Assembly (NCBI GenBank): GCA_045564015.1 | Contig: JBJLIB010000011.1 | Location: 689-64,688 of the forward strand | From: Gammaproteobacteria bacterium | GTDB lineage: Bacteria; Pseudomonadota; Gammaproteobacteria; Magnimaribacterales; D2472 | Direction: 5' to 3' | DNA length: 64,000 nucleotides | Part shown: piece by piece, positions 20,376-30,271 of the stretch | Layout of the letters: every line of letters begins with the position of its first letter | How positions within the stretch are numbered: position 1 is the stretch's first letter | The notes under the pieces: generated by a model | The model's input: only the letters and a program-made list of their open reading frames with translations | The model's database searches: none | What the model was told of the DNA's origin: nothing | Made by a program: the position numbers and the translations under genes

Positions 20376-21421
20376 ATATTTAAGTATTCTCGTTTTACTC
20401 TCTCACTCATTTTGGTCATAAGCTCATAAGAAAGCAAACCATTTTTTTCTGTATTTTCCAAGATTGATAAATCCGGTGACCATAATTCACACCAATCTCC
20501 TATTTTACATTCAGGAATATCTGTAACATCAATTGAAATCAAATCCATGCTAACTCTTCCGATAATTTGAGATTGATGACTGTTAACTAGTACAGAGGTT
20601 CCATCTATAGCTGTTTGGGGGAACCCATCAGCATATCCACAATAAACAATAGCAATCTTAGCCGGTTGCTTTGTTTCAACCCTTCCACCGTATCCAATTC
20701 TCTCATCTTTATCTAATAATTGAATGGATATAATTTGACTTCTAAATGTCATAGCAGTTTTTAAACCAGGAAAGTTAATTCCTCCATACATTGCAATGCC
20801 CGGTCTAACCCAGTCATAGGCGTGGTCTGGAAAATTAAATGCTCCAGCAGAATTCAACACACTTCGCTGCATGGGTTTTGTAGTTTGATTCCATGCATGA
20901 TCAAAATTTTGAAATTGAGTTATATTAAGAGGATCTTCAGGATTATCAGCACAGGCTAAATGAGTCATTAAAACATTTGAATCTTTGAAGAGTGATTCAA
21001 ACTGATCTAGCTCATCCAATCTAATGCCTAGTCTATTCATTCCAGTATTTACTTTAATCCAAAAAAGCAAATCATCTTGATATTGCTTTGCCAGTGGTAG
21101 TTGAGAAATTGAATGGATGACTGACCAAATATTATTTTTTTTTAAAGCATCATAAGCATCAGATGAGTAGACGCCTTGCATGGCTAAAACTGGCTTAGAA
21201 GAGTTTTCTCTAATCTTGAGCGCTTCTTGCAATCTAACAACACCATATCCATCTATTGAATCATCCAATGCACGAGTTGTCTTTTCAAGATCATGTCCAT
21301 ATGCATTACTTTTGATAATGCCCATGATTTTGCAATTCGGAGCTAAGTTCTTCTTGATGACTTGGATATTGTTTCTTACAAGCTCGTAGTCAATTACAAG
21401 CTCAGAATTTGGTTCGATCAT
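20372..21421 (-). CDS. alr: Alanine racemase
   Basis: PLP-lysine motif IIKSNAYGHD. dnaB-alr adjacency as in E. coli/Pseudomonas. ATGA overlap with dnaB. Confidence 0.9.
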   Translation of the reverse strand: MIEPNSELVIDYELVRNNIQVIKKNLAPNCKIMGIIKSNAYGHDLEKTTRALDDSIDGYGVVRLQEALKIRENSSKPVLAMQGVYSSDAYDALKKNNIWSVIHSISQLPLAKQYQDDLLFWIKVNTGMNRLGIRLDELDQFESLFKDSNVLMTHLACADNPEDPLNITQFQNFDHAWNQTTKPMQRSVLNSAGAFNFPDHAYDWVRPGIAMYGGINFPGLKTAMTFRSQIISIQLLDKDERIGYGGRVETKQPAKIAIVYCGYADGFPQTAIDGTSVLVNSHQSQIIGRVSMDLISIDVTDIPECKIGDWCELWSPDLSILENTEKNGLLSYELMTKMSERVKREYLNI

Positions 21422-22788
21422 TGGATGGAGTCGTAATAGCTATCAACAGCAAAGTCTTCAAATCTAGTAAACTCCTTAAGGAAAGTAAGATTCACTTTAC
21501 CAATAGGCCCATTTCTCTGCTTGCCAATAATAATTTCAGCCTTATTTCCCTCTTCAGAGTCTTCATTATAGACCTCGTCCCTGTAGATGAATAAAATTAC
21601 ATCTGCATCTTGCTCAATGGCACCTGAATCTCTTAAATCAGCCATAATGGGTCTCTTGTTGGGTCTTTGTTCTACAGCTCGATTAAGCTGTGATAATGCA
21701 ATAACAGGTACATTAAGTTCTTTTGCAAGCATTTTTAAAGATCGAGAAATTTCTGAAATTTGATTTACTCTATTCTCTTGTGAGGTAGGTAACTGCATTA
21801 ACTGAAGATAATCAACAACTATCAATGACAGTCCGTTAGGCTCTTGTCTCGCAATTCGTCGAGCTCTTGCTCGTAACTCCATAGGTGAGAGCATTGAGCT
21901 ATCATCTATGTATAGTGGCAAATCCTTTAATTTAGAAGATGATTCCATAAACTTTTTAAGATCGGATTGATTCATTGAGGCTGATCTCACTTTTTGTTGA
22001 TCAATCTTAGCGTTGCTAGCGAGTAATCTAGTGGTCAATGACTCGGCTGGCATCTCAAGACTGAACACCAATACCCCACCAGGAATGTCTTTATTAAGAA
22101 CAAGATTTTCAACAATATTCATACTAAGAGCTGTTTTACCCATACTTGGTCTAGCGGCAATAATTATCAAGTCTCCGTCTTGAAGGCCCTGTAACTTACT
22201 ATCAAGATCCTTGTAGCCTGTAGATGCTCCAAGCAAGGAAGATCCGTTTTTTGCAATTTCATTCATTCTCTCAATTGATTGAGGAATAAGTTCATCTAGT
22301 TTCTGAATATTGGTTGATGTTCTGCTAGCCTCATCATTTAATGAAAAAATTTTTGTTTCGGCCTCATCAAGCAATTCAGCGGCATCCTTGCCTTGAGGGT
22401 TAATAATGAGCTCAGAGATTTCAGAATTGATTTTCATCAGCCTTCTTGAGATAGACTTCTGCCTGATCATCCCGGCATAGGCTTCTAAATTTGCGGCAGA
22501 GGGGCTCGTAGATGCTAAATCAATTAAATAATTCTTACCACCTGCTCTAGTTAAAAGGTTTTTACTGTCGAGTCGGTCCGAAACTGTTAACGGATCTAGG
22601 GGTTTATTAGAATTAACAAGCTCTCCCATAGACTGAAAAATATTTTGATGATCTTGACCCTCAAAATCTGTAAATTCAATGATTTCACTAACAGCATCAT
22701 ATCTTTCTGTTTCAAGCATTAGTCCGCCCAGGACAGCTCTTTCAAGCTCTCTAACTTGTTCTGTATTTTCTATGGATTTGCTAGACAT
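21418..22788 (-). CDS. dnaB: Replicative DNA helicase DnaB
   Basis: Walker A AARPSMGKTALSMN, plus SLEMPAE and DYLQLM blocks. Confidence 0.97.
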   Translation of the reverse strand: MSSKSIENTEQVRELERAVLGGLMLETERYDAVSEIIEFTDFEGQDHQNIFQSMGELVNSNKPLDPLTVSDRLDSKNLLTRAGGKNYLIDLASTSPSAANLEAYAGMIRQKSISRRLMKINSEISELIINPQGKDAAELLDEAETKIFSLNDEASRTSTNIQKLDELIPQSIERMNEIAKNGSSLLGASTGYKDLDSKLQGLQDGDLIIIAARPSMGKTALSMNIVENLVLNKDIPGGVLVFSLEMPAESLTTRLLASNAKIDQQKVRSASMNQSDLKKFMESSSKLKDLPLYIDDSSMLSPMELRARARRIARQEPNGLSLIVVDYLQLMQLPTSQENRVNQISEISRSLKMLAKELNVPVIALSQLNRAVEQRPNKRPIMADLRDSGAIEQDADVILFIYRDEVYNEDSEEGNKAEIIIGKQRNGPIGKVNLTFLKEFTRFEDFAVDSYYDSIQ

Positions 22789-22824
22789 AAATATGATTCT
22801 TACATCATATTATTAAGATAACAA

Positions 22825-23271
22825 CTACTCTGGCTGAACAGAGACCTCAACGACACATGAAACTTCTGGATGAAATAAAAGAGTAATTGAATAATCACCA
22901 AGCTCTTTTAAAGGTCCATCAGGCAATTGAATAACGCTTTTATCTACAATATGATCAGCCTCAGTAAATGCATCTGAAATTTCTCTGGTTCCAACTGAAC
23001 CATAAAGTGCACCCTCTTCAGTTACTGGAACTTTGATTTCAACTTTGGCACCAGAAACTGCATCAGCTTTACCCTGTGCATTTGCCATCTCATCAGCAGA
23101 AGCTGCGGCTAGTTCGGCTTTCTTGCTCTCAACATACTTTAGGTTTTCATCAGAGGCAAACATAGCTTTCTTCTTAGGAATAAGGAAATTTCTGGCATAT
23201 CCTGAGCTAACCTCAACGACATCACCAATTTCACCTAATTTTTGGATTTTATCTAAAAGTATAATTTTCAT
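22825..23271 (-). CDS. rplI: 50S ribosomal protein L9
   Basis: MKIILLDKIQKLGEIGDVVEVSSGYARNFLIPKKKA. Confidence 0.93.
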   Translation of the reverse strand: MKIILLDKIQKLGEIGDVVEVSSGYARNFLIPKKKAMFASDENLKYVESKKAELAAASADEMANAQGKADAVSGAKVEIKVPVTEEGALYGSVGTREISDAFTEADHIVDKSVIQLPDGPLKELGDYSITLLFHPEVSCVVEVSVQPE

Positions 23272-23274
23272 AAT

Positions 23275-23466
23275 TTATCTATGTGAGTCTGTATATGGAA
23301 GTAAAGCCAAAAAGCGAGCAATCTTTATTGCTTTTGTTAATTTCCTCTGTTCCGATGCGCTGATATTTGAAACTCTCGCAGGTATGATTTTCCCTGTCTC
23401 AGTGATGTACCTTTTCAAAAGATCAACATTCTTGTAACTAAAATTTTTGTTATTAGATTCAGTCAT
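23275..23466 (-). CDS. rpsR: 30S ribosomal protein S18 (short, 63 aa)
   Basis: [38 protein letters not shown]. Confidence 0.9.
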   Translation of the reverse strand: MTESNNKNFSYKNVDLLKRYITETGKIIPARVSNISASEQRKLTKAIKIARFLALLPYTDSHR

Positions 23467-23906
23467 TATTCACCATCCTTTGATTCTTCTTTAGCAACAG
23501 GTTCTGTCACTTCATTTTGTTCTGCTGGATTGACTTTTGGCTTCTCTTGGCTCTGCTCTTCCTCTTGTGGGGCTTTTTTTGCTTCCCTTGATTCTATAAG
23601 TAACAATGAATCCTCTAGAGATGGGGAATCAACCTTTAATAAAAGGTGGCGTATAACAGATGTATCATATTTTAATTTAGACTCAAGCTCTATAGCAGAT
23701 TCTGATGGCCCTTCTATTTGAAAAATAGCATAGTGCCCTTTGTTGTGGTTAAGAATGCTGTAAGCTAACTGCCTACGACCAATGTTTTCAAGCTTGTTGA
23801 GTTTAAAATTTATATCACTCAAGGTTTTTTCAAACTTTGTTTGAAAGTGATCAAACTTAGTGGATAAGTCGGGGTTGAGTATTAAAGTTAATTCGTAATT
23901 ATTCAT
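23466..23906 (-). CDS. rpsF: 30S ribosomal protein S6 with acidic C-terminal tail
   Basis: [14 protein letters not shown] and GRRQLAYSI. rpsF-rpsR-rplI order. Confidence 0.9.
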   Translation of the reverse strand: MNNYELTLILNPDLSTKFDHFQTKFEKTLSDINFKLNKLENIGRRQLAYSILNHNKGHYAIFQIEGPSESAIELESKLKYDTSVIRHLLLKVDSPSLEDSLLLIESREAKKAPQEEEQSQEKPKVNPAEQNEVTEPVAKEESKDGE

Positions 23907-23961
23907 ATTTTTCCTTATGGGTTAGTAGATTTTTTGAACATCAAAAAACCAAGGAGCGTGA

Positions 23962-23990
23962 ATTCTATGCCAAATATTCCTAGCAATCAA
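23962..23990 (-). promoter_or_regulatory. Putative sigma70 promoter of rpsF-rpsR-rplI
   Basis: On the minus strand TTGATT-N17-TAGAAT. The -35 hexamer overlaps the ftsA stop codon, about 55 nt upstream of the rpsF ATG. Confidence 0.45.
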
Positions 23991-25216
23991 TAATTATTTT
24001 TTAAGAAACCAAAAGCTCTATCAAAAAAGCTTTTATTATTTTCTAGAGTGTAGCCCTGTTTCATTTGATCAAAACCAAAGCCTACTAGACCTAAAGCAGT
24101 GGCATATATTGGATTTTTTAGCACTGACTCCATTCCATTAAATTTTTCTGGAATACCTAGTCTTACACTTGTTTGAAATATAGACTCAGCCAGAGGAACA
24201 GCTCCCTCCATTTTTGAAGTACCCCCTGTAAGTACTATTCCGGCCGGGATTTTATTTTCGAAACCATTTCGCTTAATTTCTGCTTTAACTAAATCAAAAA
24301 GCTCCACATATCTTGGCTCAATAATTTCAGCCAATGAACGTCTTGATAAGTCTTCCGGAGGTCTGCCACCAACCCTCATTACTTCTAAGGTTTCTCCATC
24401 TTGGGTAAGTTCCGCTGCTGCACAACCATGCTTTTGTTTAATGTCTTCTGCCTGAGCAGTAGGAGTTCTAAGGGCTACAGCTATATCACTAGTAACCTGA
24501 TCACCTGCTATAGGAATCACCCCAGTAAATGATATTGAGCCAGAATTAAATACTGCAATATCGGTGGTGCCTCCACCTATGTCCACCAAACAGACTCCAA
24601 GCTCTTTCTCATCCTCAGATAAAACAGAATATGAGCTGGCTAGCTGCTCTAAAACAAAACCATCAACACCAATGCCGCATCGTTTAACACATTTTTCTAT
24701 ATTCTGTATCGCATTATTGGCGCAAGTAACTAAATGAACATGGGATTCCAATCTAACACCAGACATTCCAAGCGGCTCTCTAATAGAGTCTTGATTATCA
24801 ATCACATATTCTTGAGGAAGAACATGAAGCACTCTTTGATCTGAAGGTATTGCAACTGCTTGAGCTGCTTCAATTACCCTGTCTATATCACTTGCTTCAA
24901 CTTCTTTATCTTTTATTCCTACTATTCCATGAGAATTTAAACTACGAATATGATTTCCTGCAATCCCAACATATACGTTCTTAATTTTTCCTTCAAATGA
25001 TGCCTGAGCCTGATCTAAAGATTTTTGAATTGCATCTGTAGTTGCATCAATATTCACTACAACCCCTTTTTTAAGACCGCTAGATGGATAAGATCCCATC
25101 GATACAACCTCAAGAGAATGTTGATCAACATACCTGCCAATAATACAAACAACCTTTGAAGTTCCAATATCTAGCCCGACGACATAGTCAGAATCTTTTG
25201 TTCCATTATTTGCCAT
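23987..25216 (-). CDS. ftsA: Cell division protein FtsA
   Basis: Actin-fold motifs VGLDIGTSKVVCIIG and VDIGGGTTDIAVF. Confidence 0.95.
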   Translation of the reverse strand: MANNGTKDSDYVVGLDIGTSKVVCIIGRYVDQHSLEVVSMGSYPSSGLKKGVVVNIDATTDAIQKSLDQAQASFEGKIKNVYVGIAGNHIRSLNSHGIVGIKDKEVEASDIDRVIEAAQAVAIPSDQRVLHVLPQEYVIDNQDSIREPLGMSGVRLESHVHLVTCANNAIQNIEKCVKRCGIGVDGFVLEQLASSYSVLSEDEKELGVCLVDIGGGTTDIAVFNSGSISFTGVIPIAGDQVTSDIAVALRTPTAQAEDIKQKHGCAAAELTQDGETLEVMRVGGRPPEDLSRRSLAEIIEPRYVELFDLVKAEIKRNGFENKIPAGIVLTGGTSKMEGAVPLAESIFQTSVRLGIPEKFNGMESVLKNPIYATALGLVGFGFDQMKQGYTLENNKSFFDRAFGFLKNNY

Positions 25217-25865
25217 AATTTAAAGCTGCTCCATCTTTGTATCTTAAATCAATAATACTAGGAGTTAAGTTTTTTTCGAAAATATATTTTAAAGTTAATT
25301 CTAGTTTTTCCAATGCACTAAAAGATAAATCTGAACCTAACTTTATATGCAAATTACTATTACTCTTGAAATGCCACCCTTCTGCTTCAGAATAAGAAAT
25401 AGAAGAAATTTTAAGGTTATAGGCTGAGGTTAAAGCATATATTTTCTCTTCAACTTCTAACCATTCATCAATAAATTCAATAGGCATATCTAACTGCAAC
25501 AAGTCAGGATATTCACCAAAATATAAAAACTTACTTAGATTGTCATCTAAATAAAATTTTTCCTGCCAGATATATTTTGGCTCTTTTGAATCAATATATA
25601 TTTCTAGTGGTTTGAATGCGTGTTTTTTAATCAAAAAAGAATTAATCCAATTTTGGTTATCTAGAAATTTTGATAGATTTTTATTTGAGTTGTTAATTGA
25701 TAAATTAAATATTAATTCCTGAGCTTTTTTTAAAGTTGGGGGCTTTTCAAATACTATTAAAATTTTTTGGTTTTTATCACCTGAGCAGCTAAATAAAATA
25801 GCCATTAAAAATAAAAATATTGGCCCTAATCTATTTAGCATTGATAATTTCTTGCACAAGGTCAT
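25206..25865 (-). CDS. ftsQ: Cell division protein FtsQ
   Basis: Lies between ddl and ftsA, with an N-terminal hydrophobic anchor and POTRA-like region. Start uncertain: ATG at 25865 or 25841, ORF-track TTG at 25880. Confidence 0.7.
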   Translation of the reverse strand: MTLCKKLSMLNRLGPIFLFLMAILFSCSGDKNQKILIVFEKPPTLKKAQELIFNLSINNSNKNLSKFLDNQNWINSFLIKKHAFKPLEIYIDSKEPKYIWQEKFYLDDNLSKFLYFGEYPDLLQLDMPIEFIDEWLEVEEKIYALTSAYNLKISSISYSEAEGWHFKSNSNLHIKLGSDLSFSALEKLELTLKYIFEKNLTPSIIDLRYKDGAALNYGK

Positions 25866-26745
25866 TGTATGAGAGCCCAATTGACTCAGCGGATTTAGGA
25901 AATAAACTATGAGAAGTCATTCCAGGAGCAGTATTAACTTCGAGCACATAAAAATTATTATTTCTGTCACGCATAAGATCAACCCTTAACCAACCTGAAC
26001 AACCCGTAACATCGACTGTCTTAAGGCAAATTTCTTCAAGCTTATTTTTTTCATCTTTTGAAAGTACAAGCTCGGTAAGTTGAGTATCTTCATTCACGTA
26101 TTTTGCATTGAAGTTATAAAAAGATTCAGAGGTTTTGATCTCTACGGCAGGTAAACATTTTCCGTTTAAAATTGGAACAGTAAGCTCCTTAAAGTCTATG
26201 CTTTCCTCCAGAATGAATGTTCGTCTTGGATCTACGCAACCTAAAATAGCATTCTCTAAATCCTTGTTACAGGTAATTTTGAATACATCTATGCTTGATC
26301 CATCCTCTGCAGGCTTTAAAAAAAGCTCCTTGAATGGTCTAAGTTGATTAAAAAAAGGGTTTCCTAAATCTTTCTCCATTTCATGCAATGATGGAATGGT
26401 AATCCAGTTTGGAGTAGGAATTTTATTATCTTTAAGAAGCACTTTACAAGTATTCTTATTCCAAGTATTTACGCAAGCCTCATAATGGCTGCCAGAAAAT
26501 GGAATGCACTTTTGTTGTAAAAGTTTTTGCAATGCTCCTGATTCACCATCCTGACCATGAAGTGCAATAAAAATGAAGTCTTCTTCTGTAAGTTGATGAG
26601 ATGAAAAGTTTTTTGGATAGTCAATAAGCTGCGCTTCGTATCCTAAATCTTTCACTGCTTGAAATATATATTTTCCACTCTCAAGAGAAACTTCACGCTC
26701 AGAAGATTCACCCCCATACAAAACTTTAATTTTTTTTATTGCCAC
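25831..26745 (-). CDS. ddl: D-alanine--D-alanine ligase
   Basis: YGGESSEREVSLESG and EVNTAPGMTSHSLFP. GTG start. Confidence 0.93.
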   Translation of the reverse strand: MAIKKIKVLYGGESSEREVSLESGKYIFQAVKDLGYEAQLIDYPKNFSSHQLTEEDFIFIALHGQDGESGALQKLLQQKCIPFSGSHYEACVNTWNKNTCKVLLKDNKIPTPNWITIPSLHEMEKDLGNPFFNQLRPFKELFLKPAEDGSSIDVFKITCNKDLENAILGCVDPRRTFILEESIDFKELTVPILNGKCLPAVEIKTSESFYNFNAKYVNEDTQLTELVLSKDEKNKLEEICLKTVDVTGCSGWLRVDLMRDRNNNFYVLEVNTAPGMTSHSLFPKSAESIGLSYNDLVQEIINAK

Positions 26746-28127
26746 TTTTTTTTAATCTTCTTATTCAGTTTTGAAATTGTTCCTGCGCCTTGAGTGATTA
26801 AAATAGAAAAGTCTTGATGATTTTCATGAAGCCAGTTCATAGGATCTTTCTTTCCTATGTAATAAACATTTTTATTTTTTTCTAATATCTCTGAAGCAAG
26901 TTTTTTAGAAGAGATTCCTTTAATAGGTTTTTCACTTGCTGGATATATATCTAACAATAGAAGAAAATCTACCCTAGATAGTACTTTTTTAAAATCATCA
27001 AAAAGCTGTTGTGTTCTTGTAAATCTATGAGGCTCAAAAATCATGCATATCTTTTGCCGAGGAAATTTTTCTTTAGCAGCAAGAACAGTTGATAAAATTT
27101 CAGCAGGATGATGGCCATAATCATCTATCAGCACATGCGGATGCTTGGAAAAATAAATTTCTGAAAGCTCAAACCTTCTTCCAACACCTCTAAAACCAGC
27201 CAACCCTTTAGCAATGTCCTTTACCGATATGTTCTCTTCAATGGCTACACAAATTGCAGCAGTAACATTGTATAAATTATGTCTGCCACTTAAATTAGTG
27301 GAAAATTTATAGTGTTTTTTATTGGCATGATCTATTAATTGAAAATTTTGAAGGCCATGTTCTAACTTTACATCAGTTATTTGAAATCTATTTTTTGAAT
27401 GAAAACCAAAAGTTATCTGTCTTCTATGTATGTCTTTTGAGATTTTACGAATATTTGAATCGTCTAAGTTAAGCAAAATATAGCCATAAAAAGGTAAATT
27501 TTCGGCAAAACTAACAAAAGACTGATTTAATTTTTCTTGATTTAATTCATAGAAACTTAAATGGTCGTTATCAATGTTGGTGATTACAGAAATGTCAGGT
27601 TGAAGATGTAAAAAAGATCCATCGCTTTCGTCTGCCTCAACTATTATATAGTCACCATCGCCAAGGTTAGAACTTCTCCCAACACTCAGAACTTGGCCTC
27701 CCACCACATATGTCGGACTCAAATTAGCTGCATTAAAGATGCTGGCAATGATGCTCGTTGTAGATGTCTTGCCATGACTTCCAGCAATCGCAATACTGCG
27801 ATATGGTTTCATCAGAGTTCCCAGCATCTCTGCCCTTGGAATAATAGTTAAACCAGATTTCTTGGCATATGAAAGCTCAGGATTTTTCTTGGATATTGCT
27901 GACGAAGCAACAACTAAATCTGCTTTTTGAACAAGCCTTGGTTCATGACCTATTTGCACTTTGGCACCAAGTTTTTTTAATTCCTTCAGCTCATCTGTGA
28001 TGACAAGGTCTGAACCTGTAACTTTAAAACCCCTTTTTTGCAAAATAGTGGCCACTCCAATCATTCCCGATCCACCAATTCCAATCATGTGAATTTTTTT
28101 GAACTTTTGAAATCCTAGTGAGTGCAT
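26736..28127 (-). CDS. murC: UDP-N-acetylmuramate--L-alanine ligase
   Basis: IHMIGIGGSGMIGVA and IAGSHGKTSTTS. Confidence 0.95.
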   Translation of the reverse strand: MHSLGFQKFKKIHMIGIGGSGMIGVATILQKRGFKVTGSDLVITDELKELKKLGAKVQIGHEPRLVQKADLVVASSAISKKNPELSYAKKSGLTIIPRAEMLGTLMKPYRSIAIAGSHGKTSTTSIIASIFNAANLSPTYVVGGQVLSVGRSSNLGDGDYIIVEADESDGSFLHLQPDISVITNIDNDHLSFYELNQEKLNQSFVSFAENLPFYGYILLNLDDSNIRKISKDIHRRQITFGFHSKNRFQITDVKLEHGLQNFQLIDHANKKHYKFSTNLSGRHNLYNVTAAICVAIEENISVKDIAKGLAGFRGVGRRFELSEIYFSKHPHVLIDDYGHHPAEILSTVLAAKEKFPRQKICMIFEPHRFTRTQQLFDDFKKVLSRVDFLLLLDIYPASEKPIKGISSKKLASEILEKNKNVYYIGKKDPMNWLHENHQDFSILITQGAGTISKLNKKIKKKWQ

Positions 28128-28136
28128 CTATTTTTT

Positions 28137-29168
28137 TTAAAATTTTAAAATTGAACTTAACATTCTTCTAGCGGCTTGAAAATGATCTAAATTGCTTTCT
28201 TTGTTTGACCATTGTTCATAAAGTTTATTCTTAATTACCTTTTCGAGCTTGCTAGAAAGAGACTCTAAAGATTCTGACTCTTCATGCATCAACCCCATAT
28301 CCAAATCCACAATATTAATTGCATTTAAGAGCTGATGATTATCTATGGCTGATGGCAAAGGAATAATCACTGATCCTCTTTTTAAACTTATAGCCTCTGA
28401 GAGAGAAAGTGCACCTGCCCTGGAAATAATAAAATCTGACCATAAAATTTCCTCATGAGGCGAATTATAGAATTCCTCTACCTCGACAGAAATATTACTT
28501 GAATACAATTCCTTAACTCCTTGAGATTTCCCTTTTCCACATTGATGCTTTACCTCTAATGGTATATTTAATGAATTTAAAGCTTTAGGTATATTCTTAT
28601 TGATAAATTCAGAGCCTTGACTGCCACCGGTCACATAAACCCTGGGTGATTCATGCTGTTGAGTGACTGATGCGCTGTCTTTTGATTGCCTTATTGGATT
28701 GCCTACTAGCATCATCTTTTTTGTGAATGGTTCATTTATTGAAAATCCTAAAAAAATTATTTTTGAGAATTTTTTTAATACATTATTGGAAGTTCCTATG
28801 ATTGCGTTTTGCTCGTGTAAGAAAAGAGGTTTTCTACAAATCCATGCTGATAAACCCACTGGCAATGAGATATACCCTCCGAAGCACACAACATAATCAA
28901 TCTTATTTTTTTGCAAGTAAAAAATACTTTTAAAAATTGATGCGATTAGACCTATTAATGAAATAATTTTTAAAATTAAATTCTTTCCTCTGAAGCCGCT
29001 CATTGGAATTGTTAAAAGTTTTATATTGTGAGGAACAACTCTTTTTTCTATACCAGTTTTTGTTCCAATCCAAATAACCTCATGATTATTTTTAATACAT
29101 TCCTTGCCAAATTCTAATGCCGGAAAAACATGGCCTCCAGTTCCTGCTGCAGAAATTAAAAATTTCAT
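28137..29168 (-). CDS. murG: Lipid II synthase MurG (UDP-GlcNAc transferase)
   Basis: AAGTGGHVFPAL and its position in the dcw cluster. Confidence 0.93.
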   Translation of the reverse strand: MKFLISAAGTGGHVFPALEFGKECIKNNHEVIWIGTKTGIEKRVVPHNIKLLTIPMSGFRGKNLILKIISLIGLIASIFKSIFYLQKNKIDYVVCFGGYISLPVGLSAWICRKPLFLHEQNAIIGTSNNVLKKFSKIIFLGFSINEPFTKKMMLVGNPIRQSKDSASVTQQHESPRVYVTGGSQGSEFINKNIPKALNSLNIPLEVKHQCGKGKSQGVKELYSSNISVEVEEFYNSPHEEILWSDFIISRAGALSLSEAISLKRGSVIIPLPSAIDNHQLLNAINIVDLDMGLMHEESESLESLSSKLEKVIKNKLYEQWSNKESNLDHFQAARRMLSSILKF

Positions 29169-30271
29169 TACTTTATCGTTTTATTTTCAAAATTAATTCT
29201 TAGTACCATGCCCATTAAAAACATAAATAAAATTAAGCTTGTTCCCCCATAGCTTACAAAAGGCAGCGTTAAACCTTTTGTCGGTAATATTCCAAGATTC
29301 ACACCTATGTTAAATACTACTTGAATTGCGATTAAAATACCTGCACCAAAAGCAAGCAATCCTTGAAATAATTTTCCAAGCTCTAGTGCTTTAATGGATG
29401 TTTTGATAATACCAAAAATCATTGCAGCAAAAAGAAATATCACCATCAATCCTCCAATCAGTCCAAATTCTTCAACAATTACTGCAAAAATAAAATCAGT
29501 ATGTGGCTCAGGTAGATATAAATTCTTTTGAAGGCCATTACCCAAACCCACACCTAGCCACTCACCTCTGCCAATACCAAGCAGGGCATTTGATAGCTGC
29601 CATCCGGGCCCGTAAAAATGGTCGAATGGTTCAGTAAATGAAATAAATCTTATATATCTATATGGCTCTAGATAGACAGCAATAGCTGCCAAACCACCCA
29701 TTAATAAAATTAATAGTAAAAATTGAGAAAATGAAATGCCTGCAAAAAATAGCACAGCAATTACTAAAGCTCCAATTACCAATGTTGATCCAAGATCAGG
29801 TTGAGACATAATCAATAGCCCAAAAAGAGCTAATACAATCAAGGGTCTAAAAAATCCTAGTGAAGTATTAATTTCACTTAGTCTTCTAACACAATATCCT
29901 GAAATATATATAACTAAAGCAAGCTTGCTAACTTCAGAGGGTTGGATGTTTATCGGTCCGATTCTGATCCACCTTAAACTTCCATTGACCTCTGTACCCA
30001 CCCCAGGAAAAAAAAGAGCAATAAGTAAAAGCAATGAACCAATTAAAATTAGCCAATCCAATGTGAGAAATAAGTTTGAGGGAATACTTAAGGCAATTAT
30101 TGTTGCAAAAATACCCAGAATCAAAAAAATTACTTGCCTCGAAGCAAAATGAAAGGGAGTGCCATAAAGATCTTCTGAAACGTATACACTTGATGAAGCA
30201 ACCATTACCAATCCAATGAATAACAAACAGAAATATGGAAAGATAATTAATATATTTTCTCGATCAATCAT
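29168..30271 (-). CDS. ftsW: SEDS peptidoglycan polymerase FtsW
   Basis: Polytopic membrane protein with GLTLPFVSYGGTSL. Confidence 0.93.
   Translation of the reverse strand: MIDRENILIIFPYFCLLFIGLVMVASSSVYVSEDLYGTPFHFASRQVIFLILGIFATIIALSIPSNLFLTLDWLILIGSLLLLIALFFPGVGTEVNGSLRWIRIGPINIQPSEVSKLALVIYISGYCVRRLSEINTSLGFFRPLIVLALFGLLIMSQPDLGSTLVIGALVIAVLFFAGISFSQFLLLILLMGGLAAIAVYLEPYRYIRFISFTEPFDHFYGPGWQLSNALLGIGRGEWLGVGLGNGLQKNLYLPEPHTDFIFAVIVEEFGLIGGLMVIFLFAAMIFGIIKTSIKALELGKLFQGLLAFGAGILIAIQVVFNIGVNLGILPTKGLTLPFVSYGGTSLILFMFLMGMVLRINFENKTIK

Noticed and set aside
25790-25865. The FtsQ N-terminus (KKLSMLNRLGPIFLFLMAILFSCSG) resembles a lipoprotein signal peptide with lipobox LFSC.
   Set aside because: FtsQ is normally a bitopic protein whose TM helix looks similar. 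The -2 Phe is atypical for a lipobox, and the start codon is itself uncertain. By eye I cannot distinguish an anchor from a cleaved lipoprotein signal.
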